Positions 9,701 through 25,302 of a stretch of 64,000 nt of DNA are shown one piece after another. Numbering within the stretch: the stretch's first letter is position 1; each line of letters starts with the position of its first letter. Origin of the DNA: Styela clava (lineage: Eukaryota); assembly GCF_964204865.1 (NCBI RefSeq), contig NC_135256.1:11222001-11286000 (forward strand), written 5' to 3'. The notes beneath the pieces are model-generated. The model was given only the letters and a program-made list of their open reading frames with translations, was not told the DNA's origin and made no database searches. The position numbers were made by a program, and so were the translations under genes.

Positions 9701-12700
9701 TGTTTTAAATAATTATATAGGCGGAAATTCCCCCCTCTTTATAAACAACAAGAAGGAATATACCAATAAGAACAACACCATAATTACAAAAACAATCCAT
9801 AGGTTCATTTCGTGTCCAATAATATACACGTACCACACTGGAACAGATGACTCGATCGATGTACGGGTGCTAGTAAATTTGTTTAAAAAATTATAAATAT
9901 TAACAGTAGATACTCCAGCTGTACTTTCACACACAAAATACGTTCAAATAATGAAGCGTTATCGGTATCTATGGTTACAAAGGATGAATATTATCCCATT
10001 ATCGTGTCATAGCTGACAAAAATCTCAGCATAAATACAACATAAATTCATAATGCCGGCGCCATTAATAACTTTATCAGAAGAAGATCATGTTTCAAATG
10101 GTGCACGAGGTTCAATGGATAATCCGCAAACTGTCGACCAAACTCATTGTTTATGATTTTTGGTGTTGGACGCTTTTCAATATAATATATTAACAACACA
10201 CAAATTTTATATTTGAAACGACAATGAAATGTCTCGGTTAGATGAAATAGTACACATCTTTAGAAAGAAATTTCTCGGCGCGAATGAAACACTTAAACCC
10301 ACTAAATATTCCGTGAGAAGGTTTACCGGTAATAAATAATAATAGTTTGTTTTTCTTGTGGCATTTCGATTGCTCAAAACAAAATATCTTGATCGCCTAT
10401 GGTTCCCAGGCCATTTTGCTAAATTAAAAAGATATGTCTAAACATATAGCCGACAATTAAGTACTAGTTTTTCTTGCATCCCATAAATCCAAATCTCACC
10501 TTGGCGAGATTGAATAATTTATATATATATAATACAAAGCAATGTTTTTTCCAAAGTTTAACAGCTGATTTAAAGTAATGACCTCGAGTTTTTACTGGTG
10601 ATACAGACCACAAATTCTTCCCAAAGCACTTCTGTGTTACGAAGATTGATGGCAAAAGGTGGATTTCTTGGACGCGTGTAGGGATTTAATAGCGCGGAAC
10701 GTGGACGTGCCGAAAATAATACCCTGTCACGCATATAAAATCCCTGGTAAGCTAAGAAAACTGTTTCTACCGTGGTACGCGTGCTTGTTCCTTAGAAAGC
10801 GATTTATGGATGTTATGTATCAACTTAGCACATTTCCATCCGCTGTGAAAACAATCAAAGATGTTCATCGGAAACGACTCACTGGAGTTATCATGCAAAC
10901 AAGTTTTTTTTACCAATACAATCATCCCTTCGACTTCAACCTAGAAATAAATGTCAGATAGAAATATACCGTACCGCATGAAATATCAGAACCAGAAGTA
11001 TTGTCGTTTCTTATGGCAATTCAACAATTCCTGGCCAAAACGTGATTGGGATATATATATATATATGAAAAACTATTATAATGTTGTTTTGTGGAATTTT
11101 GACCAATGCTTCATGTCGTCGCCGGAAACGCGTAACTCTTTAAAATAGCACCGGTCAAATAAGCTAAAAGTTATCTTTGACTAAAATAGGAAAAACGTGC
11201 TACTAGACAGGTGGGTCAGTCGACTGGTCAATGGAACGCGATTTCCGTTCGGAATATGTATATTTATGGTTAATCACGTTTGCCAATAAAAATGTTACTA
11301 TGTAGTCAAACGCGTGTTGAGGTGGCGCCAACGTGCATGCCCCATGACTCACAATTCGTATCTCTTCCGCTCGGCGCACGCGCAGTGTCAATAGAAAAGG
11401 ACAAAGGGACATGGTGCACGGAAAATGATACGTTGCCAGACGTCAACCGCGATCGTACCGCCGATAACGTGATGACAGATACGTACATTTGAGTGACGCG
11501 AGGCAAAATGCGCAGAATGCAACCCTTTATCTGGCAACGGCTACGAAAGAAGTACTGAGGAACCCATTCTCGATGAAAAGATATGAACGTCAACGTGTAT
11601 TACAAAATGGCGCGATGACGGATTTCTTATTACGTAGTACAAAGTGACTATTCTTTCTCTACTTAAGAACTCCATTTTCGTGCATGACAACATCCTTATG
11701 ATAACGTATTGTTGAATGTTCGTAACTTTGGCCACTCAGTAGTTATTAAAGTTCGTCTTTGCAAGTGAAAGCAATAAAACTAATGAAACTAAAATCTAAT
11801 CAAAACAATCTTATGAACCCAGCTGCACCATCCGGATTATTTTGGAAATGACGTCATGAAACCGAAACACAGGGGACGTGCAACCTTGTAATGTCAGGTC
11901 AAAGAAAACACGGGTCAGTTGACAACAAATAAAAGCCAAACTTGCTAACCTGGAGACAACATGATTGACCTTACCGATTCTGCTGTTTTGCCAGTACATG
12001 ACACTGAAAAGCTTGATCATAGCATAAACTATGTAACACACAGAAAGATTTAAAAAATCTACACAACACGAATTGAACACGAATGTGATATAAATATGTA
12101 CCTAACCCTACAAATTACAACATGCTCATATCATTATGGACGAATGCGATTGCCTTTTACTTGAGTAAAAGCACGCCACGACTTAAAAGCAACTGCAGTT
12201 CTCTCACTTAGAAGCAATTTCTGGTAAAATAAATGTCGGGTAAAAATAGTTGTTTTATATTAGTAATTTAATTTTCCGCACTGCAAGCCGTTCAGTGTTT
12301 CGATTTTACAAAAAAAAAAAATTTTTTTTAAATTTGAGTTGCTTGAAAAAAATGTGGGAACCACTGGTCTGATTGTGCCCAAACAAGTTGCTCACTATTC
12401 GGAGCGCGATTACACAGGAGAAACATTCTTCAAATTGTACCGAGAATCTTACCAAAATACTTCACATTGCTATTTTACATGTTTGTTTTGGGCATATATT
12501 ACACTTAAAACCCTAAACCAGTAATCAAATCCCGTGGGATATTCGACGAAATTTTTAACATTTTGACGCATCTGTCAAAAACATGTGACATGTGGGTGGT
12601 AACACGGACATATAATACTCGTGTGGTGTATTATATTCAAAAATCTTTTTGGTTGTTGACAGATAATTATTGAATTACTACAGATCTGGTATACATATAT

Positions 12701-15700
12701 ATATATATATATATATGAATATAGACAGAGAAAAGGTATCGAAAATTATAATCAGTTAGATGTATTCGAGTAAATTTGAATTTTATTTCTGAACCCAATT
12801 TATATGTGAAATCATTCTATAAATGAAGATTTACCGAATTGAGCCACATGACAGACGTTTTGCCATTTATTTTTTATTTTTGAAAATACGGCCATGTATA
12901 ATCGAAAAAGTCGAAGCTTCTTAACAATTTCTTAATCCGCATCACCATATACATTTGGATCAGGTGTTTTAGTTCTAAAGTCCACTGAGGGTGTCCAAAT
13001 GGGTACATCTTTCAGTATTTACTCTGCAAATTGAATTACTGAAGTTCTCACATAATAGACGATAGATCGTAGGATTACATAGACCACATTATCCTCCCAT
13101 GTTTTAACATATTAGATTAATGCGATGTCCGAATTCACGATGATATCTTTATCATGGGAAGTAGATAGCATATGTTTACATGACATAACATAAATTTGTG
13201 GGAGCAAACTCTATTATCTCAGTAATTAGACGTTTTCAAAAACAATGCCTTATCAAGTATGTGCTCCCGATGGTTTGTGCTTCAAATCCATACTTTTTCT
13301 TTGGCCCACACAAAAGCGCGTCAATTTTAGATAAACACAATATGCGCGGGAATAGCGATAACAAGACCGCAACGCTGCATAGGCTTTGTTCTGTGCGATT
13401 CCGGTGTGAGCCGACGAACGACATGCTAACAAGTTTGTTTAGCGGTCAACTTATCAAATAGCACATGGTGAGGTGGTTACGATTTCAGTGGCACATAGCA
13501 TTTGGCGCATAATTCTTATGAATTTTATTTTCGATTATTGTAAAATTCTATTTTTATATAAATATATATCTTTAAATGTACCGCAAAACTCATCATATTG
13601 AAAGAGCCACAACATAGAAAAAATATTTCTACCCACAGTGAGATAAATAGCAATTTTGCGGGCCATAATTCAGGCCCGGTAAAACGAATATTGCACTTTT
13701 GATAACGCTTTCAGAGTTTTTGAAATAACAATTTATATTTTGTATCGAAAGATAAAATGCCAGTAAAAAGTTTTACTTGTTACAAAAATAATGAAATTTT
13801 GATTATTTTTTAATACGTTGCGTATCGCATAGACGCAACTCACATGTCCTCGAAGGCTTCTTAGTAATTGACTCGCCTCGAGGTGGAAATTTGGCACAGA
13901 CTTGAGGTGGACTGAAGTCATCGAAATGAAATGACTCGAATTCGTATTCAACCAACCGCCAGCAAGACTGAACTCAGTTACCGACTCGAATTCGACTTGA
14001 GGCTCGGATGACCAGTGAATCGCTGTTACACTCGGAAAGAAGAAACATTTGCAGCATTTCAAAACATATTCCGATTGGGGGAACACTCCAGTTCAATCAT
14101 AACGAGGGAAATCGTTTTGTCATTTACCAACCTTGTGGCAGACCGCCGGCAATAATACACTAAGAATCGGTATCAACGCGAGGTTATCTATTGAGATAGG
14201 GGAACCATATGTTATACATTAAAACAGTCGTTACGTGATATTTTACCGCAATAGTTGGTTTAAAATTGAATAAAGAATGTTATCTCCCTGTAATTGGTTT
14301 TGTGCATATAAATGTAGGGAGAAAAGGTATTTGATAGACAAACAAATTGCACTCCTCATTTACCATTTTCATTACATAAAATACGTTTCGAGATTACGGA
14401 AACAATTTCGAGTGAGGATTGACAATCTTCAGTTGAGTGATGAATGTTCACTAAAGTTAATTTAATTTTGTTTTCATTTGCTAGAAAAAAACGGTTTCTT
14501 TTAGAAAAGACACGCTTTTATATTACATTTTTATATCGTTGAAGAAAACTGAATAAAAAAGGCTATCTCCAACTCTGGATTATAAAATTATTCAAAATTA
14601 GAAGAAATAAATAATATGCCCTAATTATTTTTATATCGGTGACACGTCAAAAACATCTCGACACAAACACATTAAAACAAAGCCGCAAATCATCCACTTG
14701 TTAAACAAAGTTAAATAACTCTCTACTAATTATACAGTAGCAAGCCGGAAGAGACGATGACAAGCGAAGAAAACACTCGAATATTGTCGTTAAACTACTG
14801 ATAATAAAACGATGATGTCGTGAGATAATCAAACTGTTCAAACACATTCAACCCGATAACAAAATACATTATACACTTCCTAATGTATAATAAAGATACT
14901 CATAGTAAAATATTTTCATTTTTTTTTACACAACTTCTTTTAGTTTCAGTTATTTTACTTAGTACAGTCCTATGGTTGGATGCCCAATTCACCGTAAAGC
15001 ACCTCAAAAAACACACACAAATTAATAAAATTACTCAAATACATTTCGATATATCTACCTCAAGCCGTTAAAAAGTTTCAAGGTCTCTGAAAGATTCATC
15101 AAGATTCAAAGATTCAACAAGAACCCATGCTGGATCTGAATCCGACTCTACGACCTTAACCTGAGTAATTCGCAAATAAATACATATTCAAATGAGATAT
15201 AACAAGAAATCAATGCTTGAATATATGGACACCGAGGCCGAAGTGGTATTAAATCTTGCACAGTACTGGTATTCTGACCAGATCACTGAGATGTGATCAC
15301 GGAACCACGGCACGCGATTTCTAATTTTGATGACTTCATAACATATAATTTCAAAGTGAAAAGCGAATACAACTATACCGTAATAACAAAACGGTCCATA
15401 GATCCACTTCGTGTACAGTTAGAATTCAGAGTAGCAACAACAACCGGCATCGGGTTGGCATTGCCACATTTATTAGCGACTACGAATCTCCATTTTGTTG
15501 CAAATCGACTTTTGCTGACGCAGGAAATATTTGCCAAACGGAAAAAGGTAAACACAACACAGTTACAAGGTGAAAAAAAAACAAATCTACATGATTAAAC
15601 ATCCCAAATAATAACTGCCATCGCGATGCCAGTTGGGAAAATGACAAAATGAATTGCACGTCGCAATCTGGAGATTGGCACAAAATAGTTTGAAATTTAC

Positions 15701-17369
15701 ATGTAAATGGCTGTGTGAGGAAGACAAAAAGACTTCAGAAAACCTATCGCACCATTGAATTATTTCTGACAAATGGACGAATCTTCAATAGGCATTTGTA
15801 GACAATCGTGTACAAGTGCCAGGACTTCTTTTATGGAGAATCACTATACAGAAACTGGTCGAAATAATCAGAATTTTTTACACATGTTAAGTACCGCAGC
15901 AGCGGATGACTTATTCATTATTAACAGGCTCAATTCGATTTTTTTAATAGTGTAATTTCCATATGATTAGACATTAAACCCAGAAAAGTAAATAAATTTG
16001 AAATGGCATCAAGGAACGACCACCTGATGTATGCGTAAATGAACCGGAAAGAAGGGCCACTATTATTATATAAATGACCAATTAGACCTGTTTACAGCCA
16101 TGAAATTGATTTTAATCGCGTATAAATATGACATTAGCAGAGGCAATCGATAACAAAGGCATATGATATAAAAGGCCAGTTCTAACTTTTTCAAAATTAT
16201 ATGGCTTAGAATGGAAGTTGAAGTACATAAATAATGTGTAAATGACTAAAATAAAGTTATTTATATAGTATCTTATTATTTCTGAAAGTTGCTCGTTTTT
16301 TTATATAATACAAATCAGATATCATCAGAAAATAACAATATCTAGAAATAAAAAAAAATCCTGATTAAAAAGACATTATCGATAACTCAACAATATATAT
16401 GCAATTTTTCGGTGGAATTGGATTTACATATTTCCCGACTAGACGGCTTAATCATATGGCCTATTAAGGCCCTTCGCCCGATTACAGGTCGAGTTGCTGT
16501 AGGCCTGAGAAGTGTACGGAATGAACAGATGACTGAAAAAGGGCTATACTTGGAATTTCTAGTCTGCGATATCAATATACCGTGATTGATTAAAAAATTC
16601 ATATGTATTGCTCCAATCACGAGCAGACGTAGAAATTATTCTACAAAAGTGGCTCACTATCCAAGTTTCACATATCGTATATAATGAAGTTAGGGTTCAT
16701 AGTTTTGAAATTTAGTATCATCCGGTTAAACATATTATTCTGTTTACTAATATTTGAGATATAATCATTACTTAAAAAAAGTGAAAAAAAATATTCAAAT
16801 TTGTCGTTTGTGCTAAATAGTTAATCATCTATAATTACGTGTATTACTAAAAATCGGTCACCAGAACTTAATCAACGTTTCAAAAATGTGGGATGTGGTT
16901 TACAGCGATTATCCTCCTTTTTAATTATTGTCGATGGGTGTATGAAACTGTGGTAATAAATCATTGGTTGAGGCAATACTTTATATGGCACCAATATAAG
17001 TGAATGCTATGATAAAATGATGTAAATCGATACTAATTTAAAAAACTCTACTTTACACAGTTAGAAATTAGAAATTCACCCCATGGCAAGATTTTAGAAA
17101 TAGCATGAAAGCATGTGGTATTGGGACATTCCTGATAAGAGAGCAACATAGTGAGTTGTTTCAATTTTAAAGTAAGATTGATTCATTCCAATTTTTGAAC
17201 TAGATCATGATTTGAGCCAATGGCTACACAACAGTGACAGTACAAATTGAAGTATTCCAGTACTTTTGATTTAGAATCATTTTATCGTCGCTCATCTACG
17301 CATTTCGCTCAAAAAAGGCAATAACAATATGTAAGGAGCTGCGGCATTGCCTATCTAATTTATTATATC

Positions 17370-17460
17370 TTGGGTCGGGCGGGAGGATTTGAACCAGAGT
17401 ATAACTTGCGACGCCAACACAATTAGGTTTAATGCTGTAAAGCGCTAGGCCATGTTCCGT
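17370..17460 (-). mobile_element. tRNA-derived SINE head fragment
   Basis: The minus strand shows an A-box-like TGGCCTAGCG and a B-box GGTTCAAATCC, but no intact cloverleaf. Confidence 0.4.
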
Positions 17461-20400
17461 GATGCATCCCTCCAAAACAGTAACACATATTTTGGACGAT
17501 TTGGGCTTTCGACATTACGATTGTCTGACGTCGGTTTTATCAAGTATCCGTGAATGTTTTCCTACTAATTATAATTCCACAACTCGCATAGCTCCACTTT
17601 GAAAGCTTATTCGCTAGTGTTCTTTCGAATTAAAAAAAAACTGAAGTTGACAATCCCATTCTTCGGTTATTTTCTAACAAAGTGAGGCCGAAAATTGATA
17701 AGAACTATGACCACATAAGGCGACTTATTTTACGTTCAACAAGAATACTAAGAAACAATTGGACAACCAAAATGCATTTCCACGAATTTTTCTGTGTTGT
17801 TTGTCATGATTGAAACGTTTGAAATACCCCCACTCCTGTTTATTAGTGCGGTTTCGCCGCCGAAGCGGAATTTGCAAAATATTTCAAAAATTTTGAGAGC
17901 AAGAATTTACTGCCGATTTTTTGAATGGCTGCTTTGGAGGTAATCGAGGTTCAACATGTTATTTGCCTCAAAATGACAAAACATTTCATAGTCGTTTTTC
18001 TTCTAAAATTCTGCGCTTGGGAGAGTGTTTTTTATGCCACTTCGGTATCTCACTTGCTTCCCGATCGCATTCCAATTGTGGTGCCACTTTAGTATGCGTT
18101 TATCTCAAATGTCTTTTTTTATAGAATTCAATTTCTATGTCAAACACTAACTAAAATCAGTGAGATCATACAACCGCTGAGATCGCATGTTAAAGCAGCA
18201 CCGTTTTTTTTTATATTGACCAGGCGGGACTTCCCTTCCAATAAGTGGATTTTCGAATTAACCACACGATGCCAATGTTAAGGAGCATGCGCAAATAATT
18301 TCACAAATTTTCCCGAGAAAATGGTCGCTAACGCTGGATAGCAGGTGCCTCTTTTTTCTGAACCACTATTGCGGGCTAATTCAAGGATTTGGTTAACACC
18401 AAAACGGCTGGAGCTTTGAAAAGCATGATTGAAATGACATTAGCCAGCCCCTAGATTAGAACAAAACGTTACTGTATTATTCCAGCTGAACGTTAGTATT
18501 TCCAACACACAACACAAAAACGTTTTAAGAATATGTTTTAATATTTATCGTTTTGGTTTTAGATATTGTTGTTTCCATACGGGTCAATAATAATTGATCG
18601 AGTTCGCATTTACAACTCTAATCTTTGTGTGGATAGTTAACACATCGCGGATGTCATCAAAGAAAGATTTCTTAACATTCTCACGCCGCATTAGTATCGT
18701 TTGGTTAACTCGATTATTCCCGGTAACTGATATATTAAATCTCTCTTGAACCAAAGCAGACCCATTCGCTTGGTTGATTCCAACTTTTGAAAACGTTGTA
18801 AAATAACTTGACTTTACTATAAATGTGTAATGTCATATTGAAAATCATGGAAAAACAAACATATGAAGCACCTCTTCGTATTCGGACATGATTACCAGCG
18901 AAAACAAGTCAATTAAAGTCAATCTAGTAACTTTATAGCTATTTGTGACCACGTTTGATCAAAAAATGAGTTTCCACAGCCAAATGACAAATAAACGAAC
19001 GGTGTGGTCTAAAAACCAGACCCATAAATTCGATTCAGACAAATTACCTCCGTTGAGTTTTGACTCACCTTTTCTCTCGATATAGACGTTTGCGATCGCT
19101 AATTAGTGATTTGATGTTCCCGGTGTTAGAAGTGTCACAAATTTAAGGTCATTTAATAAGATGTATGCTAATAAATTAGTGCTGAAAGCGGTATCACTTT
19201 TAGATGCTAATTGTCCATAACCCTTAGTATGAATTCTCTATTGAAAGCTCTCAAGAACAGTCAAAAGTAGGTCAATCAATCAATTAAATCAAGTCGATTG
19301 TCTGTTTTTCAAAAATGATGACTTAAAATGACATGGCAAAAATAAATTCAATTCTGAATGAAGCCCAACCCCGAACAAAGGATTATGAATGGAAATAAAA
19401 TGTACGATTTCAATCGTCATTTGAATATCCTCTTCCGTATCGGGCTTCGGGCTGCCACGCGGACAGCAAATTTTATTTTGGGGTATATACTCGAAATGAG
19501 TACTGTTGAAAAGGGAAAGATATATTGTCCCACAAATCTACAAGATGCATTTTAATTTAAAATTGAGTGACCCGAGGAAATACACATTTCGAACATTTGT
19601 ATGCGATGATATATATATATATCGAAACTGTATATCTGGCGAAGTATTTCCTCAGTCTATATATATATACTAAGCTTAAAATTTTATCTTCTTACAAGCG
19701 TGCTCATTAAAATTTCGTAACTCACCGCACACGTCTTGTATGGCGCACGACTCGCGACTAATTAGAACTTAGATCATGCCGAAAATCTTAAGTTTCGTCT
19801 TTACCTTTGAATTAGCAAACCATTACCAGGCGACACGCCAGGGAGCGTCTGAAGGTATTAATTTATCTGGGTAATTTATATCAGTTAGTCATCATTAAGA
19901 ACTTGTTTTACCCAATTAGTGTTTGCAAACAGAGGAAACGATTCATTAAGTCGAACGTAAAAACAGAGGATCGAAATCCGATTTTGGTCGTCTGTGAAAA
20001 CATGGTTACGGGTCGCCGTGGTGGCAAATTTTTCAATCAAAACTTCAAAGTTTTCTTTCATAAGTTTTCGATCAAGAGTGGGCTATAGAAAAATAATAAG
20101 TTTAAGCTATAGCCCGCTCGTAAATCAATCCTCTGATGAAATTTCGACTATATTCGAACATTGGTCTCGTTTCATTTAGCAACCCATCAATAACTCAAAA
20201 ACGGGAGAAATAGCATGCTTTTATCCAAACTATTGATTTTTATGAATGGAAAATGAAGCTTATAGCAAAAACAATATTTTCGCAGTTGTGGTCTTTTTGA
20301 AGCCACATTTGGCGCTTTTAAAATCGAGAGGATTAGAATCGAGTGATTAGATACAAGAATACTACTACAGCCTCGTTGACCATAAGTGACCGATAACGTA

Positions 20401-23400
20401 GGGCAGTACTGATTCACGCCACTTAACTTATAAATCACTTGCCAAAACTGGAAGTTAAAATAAGACATTTTAAAAACAATGTCTTATTTACATATAACAG
20501 TTGATTACGTATGGTTACTTGATATAGGTAGATATATCTTTGTGATATGCATGGCCCTATAAAACTGAAAATCGATTTCCAAACGGCGGTGTTACGTTAA
20601 ATTTATTAGAATTTCCTATATGTCCACTGAACAAACACTAACTAAGTAAACTAGGAAGCAAACCTAAGATGTGGGCGTCATCGCTGATAACAGGGATTTG
20701 TTAATTTTTTTCCGAGGTTTTTGAGAACATTTCGTAACCATTTCTCACGGTTGAGTTATTTGTTGAAATAGTTGTACGTTTGGATTAATAATCATTGTTA
20801 TCGAATGCCGATGAAAATAAAAATTCAGTCAACAACTTTTTTTTTGTTAGAATTGCATATTTCATGTAGCAATCCATTTTTGAGAGGTGAAATTTGAAGG
20901 CTTGAAAAAAATTACTTTCGGTTAAAACTGATAAAAGAAACACTATTTCAAACCACCCACCATAAGTCATGTTGTTTACAAATCCCAGTCAATCAAAGTC
21001 GATTAATGATGTTAAATTGAATGAAAATTAGAATAATTTCAGATTTGGACTGGATTTCCTAAATTAAGCCTGGTTACAATGCTGAAATGCTGTTTCTTAC
21101 ACTTCAGTTGTGAGTATGAAGGAAATGAGGAGAGTTTAGAATTCGCATTTCTAATAATTATAATAATCCAGTGTATCAGTATATGAGGTTCGTAAACAAC
21201 GACCAATTCCCGACAACGTAAAACTCGTGTAAGCAACTCTGAGGACACATTTTACGACTTCAGCCACACCCAGCATTAAATGATCGTCATTCGATACCGC
21301 CCGCCTCACGCAACTTCATTAAAAACGTGACGTTTACCTACTTTTCGGTTGCCATATTTCAACCGCAAATAAATTTAGTGTACTAATTTAGTAAGTGCCG
21401 CGTTTCGTATAGAAGCAACATGAATCCAACACTGACCATGTATGCAGTTTGGTCGCAACCTACAAATACACTACCAAAAATTACTATATGATTTTCATTT
21501 GCATAAATTTTCGAGATATACGCAATAATAATAGCGAATATCTGCGTCGGGGACAATTTCGAAGTCATTATTCATACGTCATATTTTTAGGTGGGTACAA
21601 ATAAATCTGACAAGGGCAGTTAATCATTCGGAGTTCTGCAAATAAATATAATTCTTGGATTTACATCTCAATAAACACTGTTACAACAACGCAGCGCAAC
21701 TCAGTGAAATCACTAGCATTTCAGTGTAACGAAATGCGGAAAATAGTACCATAATAGATAACAAGAGCAGCAGATTGCGGAATTTTACTGGAAATCTATT
21801 GCCGACATCGCAACACTTACTGCAATGAATTTAATACATTCAAAAAAGAGTTTTGAATGTGAATCGTCAACATTTTGGGCTGTATAAATAAATCTGGTTC
21901 TATCAACAGAAAACATAATTTAATTAACTCCTGGAATTCATATCTTTAAAAATGATTTATTAAAATCGACAATATTAAGTTTGCCGTGCCATAATCCAAT
22001 ACGCCGTAACTGTTATATTTAACTCCGTTCGGAGGAGTAATTTTAAAATCTTAAAAAATTAACATATATAAAATAGACAACGGACACTCCTTTTTAGTAT
22101 TTCTGTATACATAAGAACAGAATTTATTTAAAATGGCGTTTTAGGCGCACGATTATCTAAATAAATACTATATTATGTTTGTTGGAAGTACATGTATGCA
22201 CCACATTGCGAAATCTTAAACTACTCTTTTCGTAAATTTGTTGAAAAGTAAGATAAAATAACTGTTTCTAACAATATTATGGGGTTAGGTTGATACGACC
22301 AATCAATATTCAGTGACACAAGTACCAAAAACAGTTTCCCCTTTCGTGGATTCGGTCTATTTAGTTCGGGTTTAAGTTTCAATACTGACAGATGGTAGCG
22401 GTTTGTCACTTGCCAGACACTCAATACACTGTTTCCTGCATGTAACATGCGTTCACACCTGGCATCTCACAAGTTGCAATTCCAAGGTCATTTGAGGTTT
22501 TATGGACGGATGATATTTCCTTGCAATGTAAATAGAATGAGGAGCCTATTTCGTTTACTGTACACTATTAAAAACAAAGTTGAATAAGTGGTATTTTCTG
22601 TTATTTAGTAGTCGCGGGACAATTTTAAGATAGTGCGTGCACATGTGATGCGATCTCGATAGTGAAATAAACAAAATGTCGAAAAACTGTATATTTTTAA
22701 AATTTCTCTAAAAATGATCGTATTCATACCGTTTCTACAATCCAAGTGCTATCCTAACCTAACAGTGTTGTTTTGATTGCATGCATATTTTTAATAAAAT
22801 AGTATTTTATATAAATATGAGGTGTAATGAACTCACTTCACACCCACTTTTCCCTTTCTAATTTATGGCTAGTTTCCATTTATATGAATCGATACAAAAT
22901 TACACTTTTTTATTAATTTCCGAACTAAAGATACAAATTCTTAACCTCACTTCCTATATACGTCAGAGGAAGAGGCGAAGATGACCATAAACCACTGACT
23001 GATTATGAAAACGCAAATGTGCAAATTGTGTATATTTAACGACTGCGTGATTCGTGTTTATTTCGTTGCGAATGTTTGAATATACGGACAACAGAAACAG
23101 GCATTCACCAATTCCCTTCCCATCGATTCAATCTTGAGAATAACTTTTTCTATACTGTCATCCTATACAAACAATTTATAATTGGGTTTATCCAAGTGTA
23201 AGGTAAAGAAGAAATTCGACTAACAAGGCATTTTATCAAACCTATTATAAAAGATTGAAATTTAATGATTATTTGGAATGTGTCGAGGCATAAATGACAA
23301 ATAATTGGTAGAGTGACAAACCATGATTAAACCAGAATTAGTTGGAATGTGTGTACACCATTTTATCATATATTTAATTGATTTATGGTGTTTACCTGTT

Positions 23401-25302
23401 CGAAACGCATTAAAACGTTTGATTTGAAACTAAATACATATTCTAACACAATATTTGTTTATTTTGTGACATATCAACAATGGGTATCTTTATCTTCAAT
23501 ATTATTAAACAGTATTATCCATTTGAAGGAACATGATTTTCAGACGATAAATACATCAATTTTCCACAACTTTACGGAAACAAGCACTTTATTAACACGT
23601 GTGCTGATTTTCTACCGCTGCTTTAGCACCAAATTTTATAATTCTGAATTTCTAAAAATATATTACAAACAAAATTAAAGATTCAACACAATTAAAGTAT
23701 TTTCGAAAAATCTAATAAATATGACGAAACAATAGTGTTTTGGAACTTGTGCGATAAAATCTAAAAATTTCAACAATCAGCCATTGACATCATACACACA
23801 CACACACACATGCTTTATTTATACCATAGCAATTATAAACAAAGGAACTAAAGTTCTCATATGAATAAAAATAAACATCCATTAAAATACCCAGCTTGAA
23901 AAATCACTAATTTTGTCTCAAAAAACAATCTACCAAGTTCCTATCAATCGAACGACACAATTTTCGTAAAATTTTGCGTGCTTCCACATGAAGATGGCTT
24001 CAGATACCCGAAATAAGGAGGGTGCTAAGATGGCCTATAGACATGCAAGATATATAGGTACAGCAGGCTACATTTTTAACAAAGGATTCAAGGTCTTAAA
24101 TTTGAAATTACTTTCAACTTCATTATAATAACTTTCATGTGTGCTTAGATGTTGGCATATAGGGTGGAGCCCAATATGGTGACATGACACGGGCTAAACC
24201 CCAAACTTCCATAAAATGAACGCTAAAGCACGTGCGGTTTTACTGGGCCTTGATAATTTATCATTATTGTTAATCAAGTATTATCGAATGACTTCAGGGG
24301 TGCATTTTTTAGATTCATGGTAACATAAGCTTTGTACTTCATAGTGCAAGCAGTATATAGGTCTTCAAATTAAAAAAAGAAAATGGAATAAATCTTCATA
24401 CTTTCAAAAATATTAGATCTCCTTATATACGATTCAATCATGTCACATTTGAAACTGCATCACTATGTGTGGAGCTCGGTAACCTCACACTGAATGTAGA
24501 TGAATAAATAAACAAACATCCCTACGTGAGAATCGAGTGGTGATATTGAACTATGCTTTGCACACAATTTAAAATGTATGATGGGTTTATTGACACCGCA
24601 GGTGCAAGTAGAAATAATCGTCTACATATTTGTCACATTGATGATAGATTATTTATTCGGCCTGAAGTTAATTTAAACAGAGATAAACTAAGGTAAAGAC
24701 CGCTATTTAAATCCTATAAGTACATCACGAATTTTTTTATTAAGCTGGACTTTGATGACAACAAATTATACTATAAAAAGCTAACATTTTTGCTTCATCT
24801 ATCCGCTTAAATAATATTTCCGTACATTTTTAACGTCTTAGTCGTGGGAAAATCGCTAAATCGTCGCATAAAACCTTTAATCGAAATAGTATGTTCTTGG
24901 TTTTGTATACGTCCTGTGTATGTTTCCCTTTTCAATAAAGGGACGTGAAAAGTACTTCATGAAACCAAAATTATGTTTATATTTTGACATTGAGCCCTTT
25001 TGACAGAGTGTTTTAAGCGATGAAAGGATTTTGTATTTAAAAAATGTTGTATGTGTTTACGGCATTTTCTGTGTCAAATATGTCGTTTTAGTCGACGGAA
25101 ATAGTTTGCTCGTACATAAAATGGTATCCCCCAACTATGGCCATAATTGATTGTGTATAGTGAATCAACATTTTCTACGTGTGCTCAAATGGCGGCACCG
25201 TCCTTGCATGTTTTAAAAATGTTGGTTTTGAGGTTTGAAAACATGTGTGACTATGTGAAAACAAGATATCATGAATCTTGACATAATAATAAACACACTT
25301 AC

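Noticed and set aside
13733-14086. 117-aa ORF
   Set aside because: It overlaps repeated GACTCG(A) motifs typical of a decayed MITE and has no protein motif.
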